From Bacteroidales bacterium (lineage in GTDB: Bacteria > Bacteroidota > Bacteroidia > Bacteroidales > GCA-2711565), in NCBI GenBank assembly GCA_028280405.1, contig JANQLW010000025.1, forward strand, positions 5,905 to 69,904: DNA of 64,000 bases. The letters are read 5' to 3'. Shown here piece after piece: positions 47,158 to 56,831 of the stretch. The stretch's first letter is position 1, and each line of letters begins with the position of its first letter. The notes under the pieces are model-generated. The model was not told where the DNA came from and did not search any database. It worked only from the letters and a program-made list of their open reading frames with translations. Made by a program: the position numbers and the translations under genes.

Positions 47158-48480
47158 TTATTTAGTATTTAATCCTATACAAGAATATTTAAAACCTCTT
47201 TCGTTCATTTCTTCAGCATCATATATATTCCTTCCATCGAAAATTACAGGGTCTTTTAAAAGTTTTTTTATTACATTAAAGTTAGGGAATTTAAATTCTG
47301 ACCATTCAGTAATAATAACCAAACAATCAGCATCAATAAGCGCATCAAATTGATCTGTGGCGTATTCAATTTTAGCATTTAATCTGCGCTTAGCTTCTTC
47401 CATTGCAACAGGATCGTAAGCTTTTACTTTTGCTCCTTCTTCAATTAATTTGTCAATTACAACAAGTGATGGTGCTTCACGCATATCATCTGTTTTTGGT
47501 TTGAATGATAATCCCCATAATGCAATTGTTTTTCCCTTAAGATCTCCATTAAAGAATTCTTTAACTTTTCGGAACATAATGGACTTTTGGTCCTCATTTA
47601 CATCTTCAACAGCTCTTAAAACTCTTAAATTATATTGATTTTCTTCTGCAGTTTTAATTAAAGCTTTTACATCTTTTGGGAAACAAGAACCACCATAACC
47701 AGCACCAGGGTAAATAAATTTAGTTCCTATACGAGAATCCGAACCAATTCCTCTTCTTACTGCATTTACATCAGCACCAACGATTTCACAAAGATTTGCA
47801 ATATCATTCATAAAACTGATTTTGGTAGCAAGCATTGAGTTTGCAGCATATTTTGTCATCTCACATGAAATGATATCCATAATAATAATCGGATGCCCAT
47901 TCATTGTAAATGGTTTGTATAATTGTTTCATAAGTTTTTCTGCACGAGTAGAATCAACACCGACAGCAATACGGTCAGGGCGCATAAAGTCATCAATTGC
48001 AGCCCCTTCTTTTAAAAATTCTGGATTTGAAGCAATATCAAATGTTAAATCTGATTTACGAATGTCTAATTCACTTTGAATAGCGTTTCTGACTTTTTCT
48101 GCAGTACCCACAGGGACTGTACTTTTAGTGACCATTAGTACATAGTCGTTCATGTTTCGGCCTACTTCGCGTGCTACATCCAAAACATATTTTAAGTCTG
48201 CACTGCCATCTTCATCGGGAGGTGTCCCCACAGCACTGAAAACTACTTCACAACCATCTAAAGTAGAGGCTAAATCCGTAGTAAAATGTAATCTGCCTTT
48301 TTCAACATTTCTATGAACCATTTCTTCCAGTCCTGGTTCCCAAATAGGAATGACTCTTTTGTTAAGATTGTCAATTTTTTCTTTGTCAATATCTACACAT
48401 GTGACATCAATACCAACTTCAGCAAAACAAGTTCCCGTAACCAAGCCTACGTAACCTGTGCCAACAATAGTAATTTTCAT
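47158..48480 (-). CDS. ugd: UDP-glucose 6-dehydrogenase
   Basis: 440 aa. ITIVGTGYVGLVTG Rossmann motif. Catalytic GGSCFPKD. Confidence 0.9.
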   Translation of the reverse strand: MKITIVGTGYVGLVTGTCFAEVGIDVTCVDIDKEKIDNLNKRVIPIWEPGLEEMVHRNVEKGRLHFTTDLASTLDGCEVVFSAVGTPPDEDGSADLKYVLDVAREVGRNMNDYVLMVTKSTVPVGTAEKVRNAIQSELDIRKSDLTFDIASNPEFLKEGAAIDDFMRPDRIAVGVDSTRAEKLMKQLYKPFTMNGHPIIIMDIISCEMTKYAANSMLATKISFMNDIANLCEIVGADVNAVRRGIGSDSRIGTKFIYPGAGYGGSCFPKDVKALIKTAEENQYNLRVLRAVEDVNEDQKSIMFRKVKEFFNGDLKGKTIALWGLSFKPKTDDMREAPSLVVIDKLIEEGAKVKAYDPVAMEEAKRRLNAKIEYATDQFDALIDADCLVIITEWSEFKFPNFNVIKKLLKDPVIFDGRNIYDAEEMNERGFKYSCIGLNTK

Positions 48481-48741
48481 AACCTTATGTTCGTTTAAAA
48501 ATTTGTTCCCAGTTTAAAAGAATAACAAATATAGAGTTTATTGGTTAGGTTGCAATTTTAAGTAATAAAAAAAGATTAAGAAATTATTGTTAATAAGTTC
48601 TTAACCTTTTATAATCCTTCTATGATTTTGTTGTAGAAGTTGTTTAATTTAGAATTCGCTTTGTTTGATAAAGTTTTTAATCTTTAAATTTCCTAAAGCG
48701 AAAAAATAGATAGCTATACCAATAGATATGTTTAAAGTGGA

Positions 48742-48772
48742 CAAAAAAAGAGACTTCTGAAAAGGAGTCTCT
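48742..48772 (-). terminator. Hairpin plus T-run immediately after tRNA-Lys
   Basis: The minus strand reads AGAGACT-ccttttcaga-AGTCTCT followed by TTTTTTT. Confidence 0.7.
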
Positions 48773-48775
48773 TTT

Positions 48776-48851
48776 TGGTGATCCGCCCGAGGCTCGAACT
48801 CGGGACCCTATGCTTAAAAGGCATATGCTCTACCAACTGAGCTAGCGAATC
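48776..48851 (-). tRNA. tRNA-Lys (anticodon TTT), CCA encoded
   Basis: Minus-strand sequence GATTCGCTAGCTCAGTTGGTAGAGCATATGCCTTTTAAGCATAGGGTCCCGAGTTCGAGCCTCGGGCGGATCACCA. Anticodon loop CTTTTAA. Confidence 0.9.
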
Positions 48852-48932
48852 ATGTTTGCTTCGTTTGCGGTTGCAAAAGTAGATAAAATATTTATTCCTG
48901 CAAGAAAAAAAGGAAAAAAGTTTAAGTTTTTT

Positions 48933-49547
48933 TTAAAAAATTAATTCGCCTTTTCCATCTCTGAGAATAATGGTTTCATCCTGAGTACAATCCACAATTG
49001 TGGATGCTTCGTTGCCTCCATAACCTCCATCAATAACTATGTTTACAACCTTTCTGTATTTCTCATAAATTAGTTCAGGATCGGTTGTGTATTCTATAAT
49101 TTCATCTTCATCTTTTACTGAAGTTGACATAATAGGATTTCCAAATTCTTCAATAATTGTTCTTAAAATATTATTGTCGGGAACACGAATACCTACTGTT
49201 TTCTTTTTACTTTGAAAAATCTTGGGGACATTATTGTTTGCTTCTAAAATAAACGTAAACGGACCAGGTAAATTTTTACGCATTAGTTTATAAATATCAT
49301 TATGAATAGGACGGGTAAAGTCTGAAAGGTGGCTTAGATCAGAACATATAAATGAAAAATGTGCTTTTTCTTTTTTTATTCCTTTGATTTGGGCAATTCG
49401 CTCAACAGCTTTTTTATTGTTTATATCACAACCTAAACCATACACTGTATCGGTTGGGTATACTATAATGCCTCCTCTTTGCAGGCAATCAACCACTGCT
49501 TTGACCTGTCTTGGACTGGGATTATCCGGATGAATTCGTAATAACAT
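48933..49547 (-). CDS. tsaC: L-threonylcarbamoyladenylate synthase (YrdC/TsaC/Sua5 family)
   Basis: 204 aa. YrdC-domain motifs IIVYPTDTVYGLGCD and PGPFTFIL...VGIRVPD. Confidence 0.9.
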   Translation of the reverse strand: MLLRIHPDNPSPRQVKAVVDCLQRGGIIVYPTDTVYGLGCDINNKKAVERIAQIKGIKKEKAHFSFICSDLSHLSDFTRPIHNDIYKLMRKNLPGPFTFILEANNNVPKIFQSKKKTVGIRVPDNNILRTIIEEFGNPIMSTSVKDEDEIIEYTTDPELIYEKYRKVVNIVIDGGYGGNEASTIVDCTQDETIILRDGKGELIF

Positions 49548-49583
49548 AGTAATAAATTTTAGGAAAGCAAATATATAAAAAAA

Positions 49584-49686
49584 GGGTAAGCTACTTATAT
49601 CGCACCGCTACAACCGTTTACCCTTGCTTCCTTCCGGATCTGGGGGAGTTCAACAGGAGCTGGTCGTATAAGACTTACCCGGCGGC
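49584..49686 (-). ncRNA. ffs: Small (4.5S-type) signal recognition particle RNA
   Basis: The minus strand contains the conserved domain IV core CAGATCCGGAAGGAAGCAAGGGTAAACGG (GGAA tetraloop). It is closed by terminal pairing GGGTAAGTCTTATA / TATAAGTAGCTTACCC, followed by a T-run. Confidence 0.8.
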
Positions 49687-49796
49687 AAAAGTACAAATTG
49701 ATTTAAATCCCACAAAGTTTTTTTTAATTTTTTTCCAGATGTTTTTTGATTGCTATTTTATTATTATGTTTGTATAACATCAAAAAAATCTAACAC

Positions 49797-50315
49797 ATGG
49801 AAAATCAAACCTCATCATTCAAATTTTCATTAAACCTTGGCCTGATAACAGGTATAATTGTCGTTGTTTACAGCTTGATAATGTACGTTCTGGAAGTTCC
49901 AATTGATTCATTCCTTAACAGATGGGCCGGACTTGTATTCTATATTGTTGCCATGTTCTGGGGAGTAAGTACCTGGAAGAAAAAGCATAGTAACGGATTT
50001 GTTTCGTTTGGAAAAGCTTATGGTATTGCTTTTAGAGTTGCATTCTTTGCTCTGATTATAGGTACGCTTTATCTGATATTAATGGTTACTGTTATTGACC
50101 CGTCTTTGATAGACCTTATTAAAGATACTCAGGAACAAAGTTTAATTGATCAGGGATATAGCGGAGAGCAACTTGATCAGGCATTAAAGTATGCTCAAAT
50201 GTTTGTAACACCTGCAGGCATGGCAATTATGTCATTAGTTTCAATGACTATTATATTTGCTTTAGTAGCTTTAATCCCTGCAGCTATTATGAAAAAAGAA
50301 GAACCTTTAGCTTAA
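49797..50315 (+). CDS. Membrane protein (DUF4199-like)
   Basis: 172 aa with four TM helices. The family call is from memory. Confidence 0.6.
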   Translation: MENQTSSFKFSLNLGLITGIIVVVYSLIMYVLEVPIDSFLNRWAGLVFYIVAMFWGVSTWKKKHSNGFVSFGKAYGIAFRVAFFALIIGTLYLILMVTVIDPSLIDLIKDTQEQSLIDQGYSGEQLDQALKYAQMFVTPAGMAIMSLVSMTIIFALVALIPAAIMKKEEPLA

Positions 50316-50322
50316 AAGATAG

Positions 50323-51267
50323 ATGGATATCTCAATAGTTATTCCCTTCCTGAATGAGGAAGAATCATTGAAAGAATTAAATGATTGGATTGTAAATGTC
50401 ATGCAATCCAATCGTTTTTTATATGAAATTATTTATGTGGATGATGGGAGTTCGGATAATTCCTGGAATATCATTGAAGATATTGTAAAAGATAATAAGA
50501 ATGTAAAAGGGATTCAGTTTCGTAGAAACTATGGAAAATCAGCAGCTTTGAATACAGCTTTTGAACAAGCCGAAGGAAATGTTGTGATTACCATGGATGC
50601 CGATTTGCAGGATAGCCCGGATGAAATCCCGGCTCTTTATAAAATGATCATTGAAGATGGTCATGACCTTGTTTCCGGATGGAAAAAGAAAAGGCATGAT
50701 CCTATCAACAAACGCTGGCCATCTAAAGTATATAATAGCATGAACAGGTTGATAACAGGCATTAAACTTCATGATATGAATTGTGGGTTGAAAGCTTATC
50801 GTAAAGATGTTATCAAAACAATAGAAGTGTATGGTGAAATGCATCGTTTTGTTCCTGTTATTGCAAAATGGGCAGGGTTTAGAAAGATAGGAGAGAAGGT
50901 TGTTCAGCATTCGAAAAGAAAGTTTGGTAAATCCAAGTTCGGAATGGACAGATATCGTAAAGGAATCTTGGACCTTATTTCTATCATTTTTGTTTCCCGT
51001 TTTGGCAAACGGCCTATGCATTTATTCGGTACCTTAGGATTTTTCTTATTCTTCATTGGATTTGGAATTGCCGGTTACCTTGCCTATGCTAAATTTTTCT
51101 TGATGGAGTATAAAATGACAGAACGGCCATTATTTTATTTTGGATTGTTATGCATGATAGTGGGATCTCAATTATTTCTTACCGGCTTTATTGCCGAAAT
51201 GATTTCACGTAGCTCTTACGACAGAAATGTTTATCACATATCAAAAAAAATAGGAATAACCAATTAA
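50323..51267 (+). CDS. Family 2 glycosyltransferase (polyprenyl-phosphate sugar transferase-like, C-terminal TM helices)
   Basis: 314 aa. SIVIPFLNEEESL, YVDDGSSD, DADLQDSPDEI (DxD). Two C-terminal TM helices. Confidence 0.9.
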   Translation: MDISIVIPFLNEEESLKELNDWIVNVMQSNRFLYEIIYVDDGSSDNSWNIIEDIVKDNKNVKGIQFRRNYGKSAALNTAFEQAEGNVVITMDADLQDSPDEIPALYKMIIEDGHDLVSGWKKKRHDPINKRWPSKVYNSMNRLITGIKLHDMNCGLKAYRKDVIKTIEVYGEMHRFVPVIAKWAGFRKIGEKVVQHSKRKFGKSKFGMDRYRKGILDLISIIFVSRFGKRPMHLFGTLGFFLFFIGFGIAGYLAYAKFFLMEYKMTERPLFYFGLLCMIVGSQLFLTGFIAEMISRSSYDRNVYHISKKIGITN

Positions 51268-51277
51268 TGCTTTAAGG

Positions 51278-52420
51278 ATGGCTGAAAAAAGGATTGTGAT
51301 CATTGGGCAAGCTTATCCATTAAGAGGTGGATTAGCTGCGTATAATGAGAGATTAGCCAAAGCATTTATTGAGCAAGGTCATGAAGTAATTATAGAATCC
51401 TTTAAATTACAATATCCCAGTTTCCTATTTCCCGGAAAAACACAATATTCCACCGACCCGGCTCCTGAAGGATTGAATATTAATACTTCTATAAATTCTA
51501 TTAATCCCTTTAATTGGATTAAAATTGGTAGAAAAGTCAGGAGAATGAATCCGGATCTGGTAATTATCAAATTCTGGCTTCCTTTTATGGCGCCTTGTTT
51601 TGGAACAATAGCCCGAATTATAAAATGGAGAAGAAAAACTCCATTAATATCTATTATTGATAATATCATACCTCACGAAAAAAGGGCGTTCGACAGAATA
51701 TTAGCCAATTATTTTGTAAAAGGGATGAAGGGCTTTATTGCCATGTCAAGATCTGTATTAAATGATTTGAATACTTTTGATAAGAATAAGCCTAAATTGT
51801 TTTCTCCGCATCCTTTATATGATCACTATGGAGAAAGACAAGCTAGAAATGATGCTATCAAGAAATTAGGTTTGGATACAGGATTCAGATATTTACTGTT
51901 TTTTGGTTTTATCAGGGATTATAAAGGACTCGACTTGCTTTTAAAAGCTTTTGCTGATACAAGATTTAATGAAAAAAAATTAAAACTTATTGTTGCCGGA
52001 GAGTTTTATACAGATCCTGCTCCTTATCAGAAAATTATTGATGATAATCATATGCAGGGGCAGGTGATCATGGATAATGATTTTATTCCGGATAGTAAGG
52101 TCGCTGACTATTTCAATGCTGCTGATGTTGTGGTGCAGCCTTATAAATCTGCTACCCAGAGTGGCGTTACCCAGATTGCATATCATTTTGAGAAACCAAT
52201 GATTGTAACGAATGTAGGTGGCCTCTCTGAAATTATTCCTGATGGAAAAGTTGGCTATGTTGTAGATCCAGATATTGAAGGTGTGAAAAGTGCAATTAAA
52301 AAGTTTCTTGAACTTCCTGAAAATTATTTTCTGGAAGGAATAAAAACAGAAAAAGAAAAATACTCCTGGAATAAAATGTTAACCACAATTGATAACTTAG
52401 TAGATCAAATTGAAAATTGA
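51278..52420 (+). CDS. Family 4 (GT-B) glycosyltransferase
   Basis: 380 aa. GGLAAYNERLA N-terminus. C-terminal donor-binding region YKSATQSGVTQIAYHFEKPMIVTNVGGLSEII. Confidence 0.8.
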   Translation: MAEKRIVIIGQAYPLRGGLAAYNERLAKAFIEQGHEVIIESFKLQYPSFLFPGKTQYSTDPAPEGLNINTSINSINPFNWIKIGRKVRRMNPDLVIIKFWLPFMAPCFGTIARIIKWRRKTPLISIIDNIIPHEKRAFDRILANYFVKGMKGFIAMSRSVLNDLNTFDKNKPKLFSPHPLYDHYGERQARNDAIKKLGLDTGFRYLLFFGFIRDYKGLDLLLKAFADTRFNEKKLKLIVAGEFYTDPAPYQKIIDDNHMQGQVIMDNDFIPDSKVADYFNAADVVVQPYKSATQSGVTQIAYHFEKPMIVTNVGGLSEIIPDGKVGYVVDPDIEGVKSAIKKFLELPENYFLEGIKTEKEKYSWNKMLTTIDNLVDQIEN

Positions 52421-52435
52421 CAATTTTATATTATA

Positions 52436-53458
52436 ATGATATATAGAAGTAAAGCTCCTTTACGTATTGGTTTAGCCGGTGGAGGTACTGATGTTTCTCC
52501 TTATTCAGATATTTATGGTGGTGCTATCCTGAATGCAACTATAAATATGTATGCTTATGCAACCATTATTCCCCGCAATGATGGAAAAATTGTTTTCAAT
52601 GCAACAGATAGGGTTGAGCAATATGAACTGGATGCTGTGGAACAGATTCCCATTAATGGTGAATTAAATTTATTGAGAGGAATCTATAATCGTATTGTAA
52701 GAGATTTTACAAAGAAAGCTTTGTCTTTTGAATTAACAACCTATGTTGATGCTCCTCCGGGTTCAGGATTAGGAACTTCTTCAACTTTAGTCGTGGCCAT
52801 ATTGGGAGCCTTTGCCGAGTGGCTAAAGTTGCCCCTTGGAGAATACGATATCGCTCGCCTGGCCTATGAAATTGAACGTATTGACCTGGGAATGGCAGGC
52901 GGTAAGCAAGATCAATATGCCGCAACTTTTGGAGGTGTTAATTTTATGGAATTCTCTAGCGATGATAAAGTAATTGTAAACCCTTTGAGGATTAATCAAT
53001 CCTATTTAAATGAATTATCTTATAATCTCATATTGTATTATACTGAAACAAGCCGGGTCTCTTCAGAAATAATTGAAGAGCAAACTAAAAACGTCGAAGC
53101 TTCCAGAAAACCTTCCATTGAAGCTACACATAAATTAAAGGAGCAGTCAGTGTTGATGAAAGAAGCCTTATTAAAGGGTGAACTTGATAAAATAGGTGAG
53201 CTATTAGATTTTGGCTGGGAAAATAAAAAGCTATTGGCAAAACGTATATCTAATCATGAAATTGAAAAAATATACAAAATTGCTAAAAAAAATGGAGCAA
53301 GTGGTGGAAAAATTTCCGGTGCCGGAGGAGGAGGGTTTATGATTTTTTATTGCCCTGATAATATGCGTACTAAAGTCGTGGAAGCTTTGGAAAAGCTTGG
53401 AGGGCAAGTAAAACGTTATGAGTTTACAAACATGGGATTATCTTCCTGGAGTTTTTAA
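52436..53458 (+). CDS. hddA: GHMP-family sugar kinase, D-glycero-alpha-D-manno-heptose 7-phosphate kinase-like
   Basis: 340 aa. APLRIGLAGGGTD N-terminus. GHMP motif PPGSGLGTSSTLVVA. ISGAGGGGF. The genomic context (gmhA, hddC, gmhB immediately downstream) supports the specific call. Confidence 0.75.
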   Translation: MIYRSKAPLRIGLAGGGTDVSPYSDIYGGAILNATINMYAYATIIPRNDGKIVFNATDRVEQYELDAVEQIPINGELNLLRGIYNRIVRDFTKKALSFELTTYVDAPPGSGLGTSSTLVVAILGAFAEWLKLPLGEYDIARLAYEIERIDLGMAGGKQDQYAATFGGVNFMEFSSDDKVIVNPLRINQSYLNELSYNLILYYTETSRVSSEIIEEQTKNVEASRKPSIEATHKLKEQSVLMKEALLKGELDKIGELLDFGWENKKLLAKRISNHEIEKIYKIAKKNGASGGKISGAGGGGFMIFYCPDNMRTKVVEALEKLGGQVKRYEFTNMGLSSWSF

Positions 53459-53549
53459 CAATGGCAGTGAATAAAATTGTAATCTTCTTATCAAGACTGT
53501 AAGAATATTCCATTATCTTTGCAGCTAACCTTTTCCTATTCAAATAAAT

Positions 53550-54125
53550 ATGAGTGTAAAAAATGCTATTCTTAATTCAATTGCCGTTAAACAAAGGCTT
53601 TTGGGCGACTCCGCTATTTTGGAGCAGATAGAGAATATCATTCATGCTTGTATTGGTTGTTTGCAAAATGATGGTAAAATATTGTTTTGCGGAAATGGAG
53701 GAAGTGCTTCGGATGCCCAACATCTTGCTGCCGAACTTACAGGTAAATATTATTTCGACAGAGCACCTTTGAATGCCGAGGCTCTTAATGTGAATAGTTC
53801 ATATTTAACTGCTGTTTCAAATGATTATTCCTTTGAAAAAGTGTATGCAAGAATACTTGAAGCAAAAGGAAGGAAAGGAGATGTATTGATTGCCTTGTCA
53901 ACATCGGGTAAATCCGGAAATGTAATAGAAGCATTAAAAAAGGCCAGAGAACTTGGAATAATAACCGTTGGATTAACCGGAGAAAGCGGAGGAAGTATTA
54001 CAGATCTATGTGATTACCTTATAAAAGTACCTTCTGCTGATACTCCCAGAATTCAGGAAACTCATATATTAATCGGACATTTAATTTGTGAACATATAGA
54101 AGATAAGATATTTAAGAATGATTAA
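53550..54125 (+). CDS. gmhA: Phosphoheptose (sedoheptulose-7-phosphate) isomerase
   Basis: 191 aa. SIS domain motifs GNGGSASDAQHLAAEL, ALSTSGKSGNV, QETHILIGH. Confidence 0.85.
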   Translation: MSVKNAILNSIAVKQRLLGDSAILEQIENIIHACIGCLQNDGKILFCGNGGSASDAQHLAAELTGKYYFDRAPLNAEALNVNSSYLTAVSNDYSFEKVYARILEAKGRKGDVLIALSTSGKSGNVIEALKKARELGIITVGLTGESGGSITDLCDYLIKVPSADTPRIQETHILIGHLICEHIEDKIFKND

Positions 54126-54825
54126 GGAAGCAATTATACTTGCAGGCGGATTCGGAACAAGATTGAAAAGTGTCGTGGAGGACCTTCCCAAACCCATGGC
54201 CCTGATAAATGAGCGCCCCTTCCTGGATTATCAACTTAGTTTCTTAGATAGCTGGGGAATTAATTATGTCATACTATCACTTGGCTATAAAGCCAAAATC
54301 ATACAAAACCATTTTGGAGACCAATTTAAAGGCATCAAGATTACATATTGCATTGAAGAAGAGCCTTTGGGTACAGGTGGTGCTTTGAAAAAAGCAATGC
54401 AATATGTTGATGGCCCCAGGGTATGGGCATTAAATGGAGATACTTTATTTGATGTAAACCTAAAACGTTTTTTTGATTCTATGAGAATACGAGAATCTGA
54501 TTTTTGCCTGGCACTTAGGTTTTCCCTGGATTCAAATCGTTATGGGAGCGTTGAAGTTGACAGGAATTCCAGAATTATTAATTTTCTTGAAAAAGCAAAA
54601 GATGAAAATGACAATTTTATTAATGGGGGATTATACGGGATTAATAAAAAGTATTTTGAGTCACTGGATTTACCTGATAAGTTTTCTTTAGAAAAAGATT
54701 TTCTTGAAAAATATATAAAAATTGATAAAATACACGGGTTTAAATGCCATTCCTTTTTTATGGATATAGGCGTGCCTGAAGATTATGAGTTAGCACAACA
54801 TGAGTTTAAATCTTTGCCATATTAA
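54118..54825 (+). CDS. hddC: Sugar-1-phosphate nucleotidyltransferase, D-glycero-alpha-D-manno-heptose 1-phosphate guanylyltransferase-like
   Basis: 235 aa. AIILAGGFGTRLKSV motif. 8-nt overlap with gmhA. Confidence 0.75.
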   Translation: MIKEAIILAGGFGTRLKSVVEDLPKPMALINERPFLDYQLSFLDSWGINYVILSLGYKAKIIQNHFGDQFKGIKITYCIEEEPLGTGGALKKAMQYVDGPRVWALNGDTLFDVNLKRFFDSMRIRESDFCLALRFSLDSNRYGSVEVDRNSRIINFLEKAKDENDNFINGGLYGINKKYFESLDLPDKFSLEKDFLEKYIKIDKIHGFKCHSFFMDIGVPEDYELAQHEFKSLPY

Positions 54826-55360
54826 TCAAAGCTGGACTTTGTTCCTGGATCGCGATGGAGTCATAAACAGGCGTCTTGTGAATGATTATGTAAAGACAAC
54901 TCATGAACTGGAATTGCTGGATGGTGTTCCGGAAGCTATTTCTGAATTCAATAAAATTTTTGGTAAAATTTTTATCGTAACCAATCAGCAGGGAATTTCC
55001 AAAGGATTAATGACAGAAGATGAGCTTGATCTTGTTCATGATTTTTTTCAGGTACTACTGATGAGTAAGAGTGCTTATATTGATAAAATATATTATTGTA
55101 AGGATTTGGAGAATACCGGAAGTAAATTCAGAAAACCAGAAATAGGTATGGCTTTACAAGCTAAAAAAGATTTTCCGGAAATTGATTTTTCAAAATCCAT
55201 TATGGTAGGAGATTCTATGTCGGATATGGAGTTTGGAAGAAAAGCCGGAATGTTCACCTGTTTTATAAATGAAAGCTATGTAGAAGATAAAAATATAGAC
55301 TTGTGTTGCACTTCTTTATTGGAGTTTGCAAAAATGTTAATAAAAAATATTCAATCATAA
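54800..55360 (+). CDS. gmhB: HAD-IIIA phosphatase, D,D-heptose 1,7-bisphosphate phosphatase-like
   Basis: 186 aa. LFLDRDGVIN (DxDG), VTNQQGI, RKPEIGM, VGDSMSDMEFG. Confidence 0.8.
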   Translation: MSLNLCHINQSWTLFLDRDGVINRRLVNDYVKTTHELELLDGVPEAISEFNKIFGKIFIVTNQQGISKGLMTEDELDLVHDFFQVLLMSKSAYIDKIYYCKDLENTGSKFRKPEIGMALQAKKDFPEIDFSKSIMVGDSMSDMEFGRKAGMFTCFINESYVEDKNIDLCCTSLLEFAKMLIKNIQS

Positions 55361-55372
55361 ATAATCAATAAT

Positions 55373-56824
55373 TTGTCGTCACAACTAATTTTATATAGTT
55401 TTTTAGGGTATACGGCCTTATTGTTTCTAATATCCTGGTTCACTTCCCGCAAATCGGGAAATGAGGCTTTTTTCCTTGGAAATAGAAAATCACCCTGGTT
55501 TGTTGTTGCCTACGGAATGATTGGTGCATCGCTTAGCGGTGTTACATTTATTTCCGTACCGGGATGGGTAGGGGATGCCCAGTTTACATATATGATGGTT
55601 GTATTTGGCTATGTGTTGGGATATTTTGTAATTGCCAATGTATTACTTCCGGTTTACTACAAACTTAAATTAACCTCAATATACACTTACCTGGAACAAA
55701 GATTTGGATTATACTCTTATAAAACCGGTTCCGCTTATTTCTTACTATCCAGAATTGTAGGTGCTTCTTTCAGAATGTTTCTGGTGGTTAATGTGCTTCA
55801 GATTTTTGTGTTTGATGAACTGAATATTCCTTTCTTTGTAACAGTATGCATCTTCATGATTCTTATCATACTCTATACTTTTAAGGGAGGAATCAAAACG
55901 ATTGTGTGGACAGATACATTGCAAACAACCTTTATGCTGTTATCTGTAATTATCTGCATAAAATTGATTATCGATTCAATGGACTTAAGCCTGGGAGGAA
56001 TGATAGATCAAATTGTCAGTTCGGATTATTCTAATATATTGAATACAGACTTTAATCATAAAAATTTTTACCTGAAACAGTTTTTAAGCGGAGCATTTAT
56101 AGCCATTGTTATGACCGGCCTTGATCAGGATATGATGCAAAAGAATTTGAGCTGTAGAAACTTAGGTGATGCCAAAAAGAATATGATCTCATTAAGCTGG
56201 ATACTGGTTGTTGTGAATCTTTTATTCTTGAGCCTTGGAGCTATATTATTCATCTATGCTCATAATGCCGGAATCGAAGTCCCGGCTTTAACTGATAATT
56301 TATTTCCTACCATAGCTTTAAAACACCTTGGAGCTTTTGCCGGAATCGTATTTATTATAGGATTGATCTCTGCAGCCTATTCAAGTGCTGATAGTGCACT
56401 AACTTCATTAACGACTTCATTCAGCGTTGATATTTTAGGACTCGATAAAAAAGATATATCAGAAAGAAATAAGATTAAGACCAGAAAAATTGTCCACTTC
56501 GGATTGGCTTTCGTCTTAATATTGGTAATCATTGGTTTTAGTGCCATTAATGATCAGGCTATTATTGCAAAATTATTTACTATTGCCGGCTATACTTATG
56601 GGCCATTATTAGGACTATTTGCTTTTGGCTTGTTTACCAAATTAAACTTAAAAGATAAATATGTCCCATTGGTAGCGGTCATTTCGCCAATATTGTGTTA
56701 TGTGCTGAGTGATAATTCGGTAAGCTGGTTTAATGGCTATAAATTCGGTTTCGAATTATTAATTATTAATGGTATATTTACGTTTATCGGTTTATTAATT
56801 ATTTCTAGAAAACTTCAAAACTAA
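55373..56824 (+). CDS. Sodium:solute symporter (SSF) family transporter
   Basis: 483 aa with about 12-13 TM helices. GGIKTIVWTDTLQ motif. TTG start per the ORF track. Confidence 0.85.
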   Translation: MSSQLILYSFLGYTALLFLISWFTSRKSGNEAFFLGNRKSPWFVVAYGMIGASLSGVTFISVPGWVGDAQFTYMMVVFGYVLGYFVIANVLLPVYYKLKLTSIYTYLEQRFGLYSYKTGSAYFLLSRIVGASFRMFLVVNVLQIFVFDELNIPFFVTVCIFMILIILYTFKGGIKTIVWTDTLQTTFMLLSVIICIKLIIDSMDLSLGGMIDQIVSSDYSNILNTDFNHKNFYLKQFLSGAFIAIVMTGLDQDMMQKNLSCRNLGDAKKNMISLSWILVVVNLLFLSLGAILFIYAHNAGIEVPALTDNLFPTIALKHLGAFAGIVFIIGLISAAYSSADSALTSLTTSFSVDILGLDKKDISERNKIKTRKIVHFGLAFVLILVIIGFSAINDQAIIAKLFTIAGYTYGPLLGLFAFGLFTKLNLKDKYVPLVAVISPILCYVLSDNSVSWFNGYKFGFELLIINGIFTFIGLLIISRKLQN

Positions 56825-56831
56825 ATTCATT

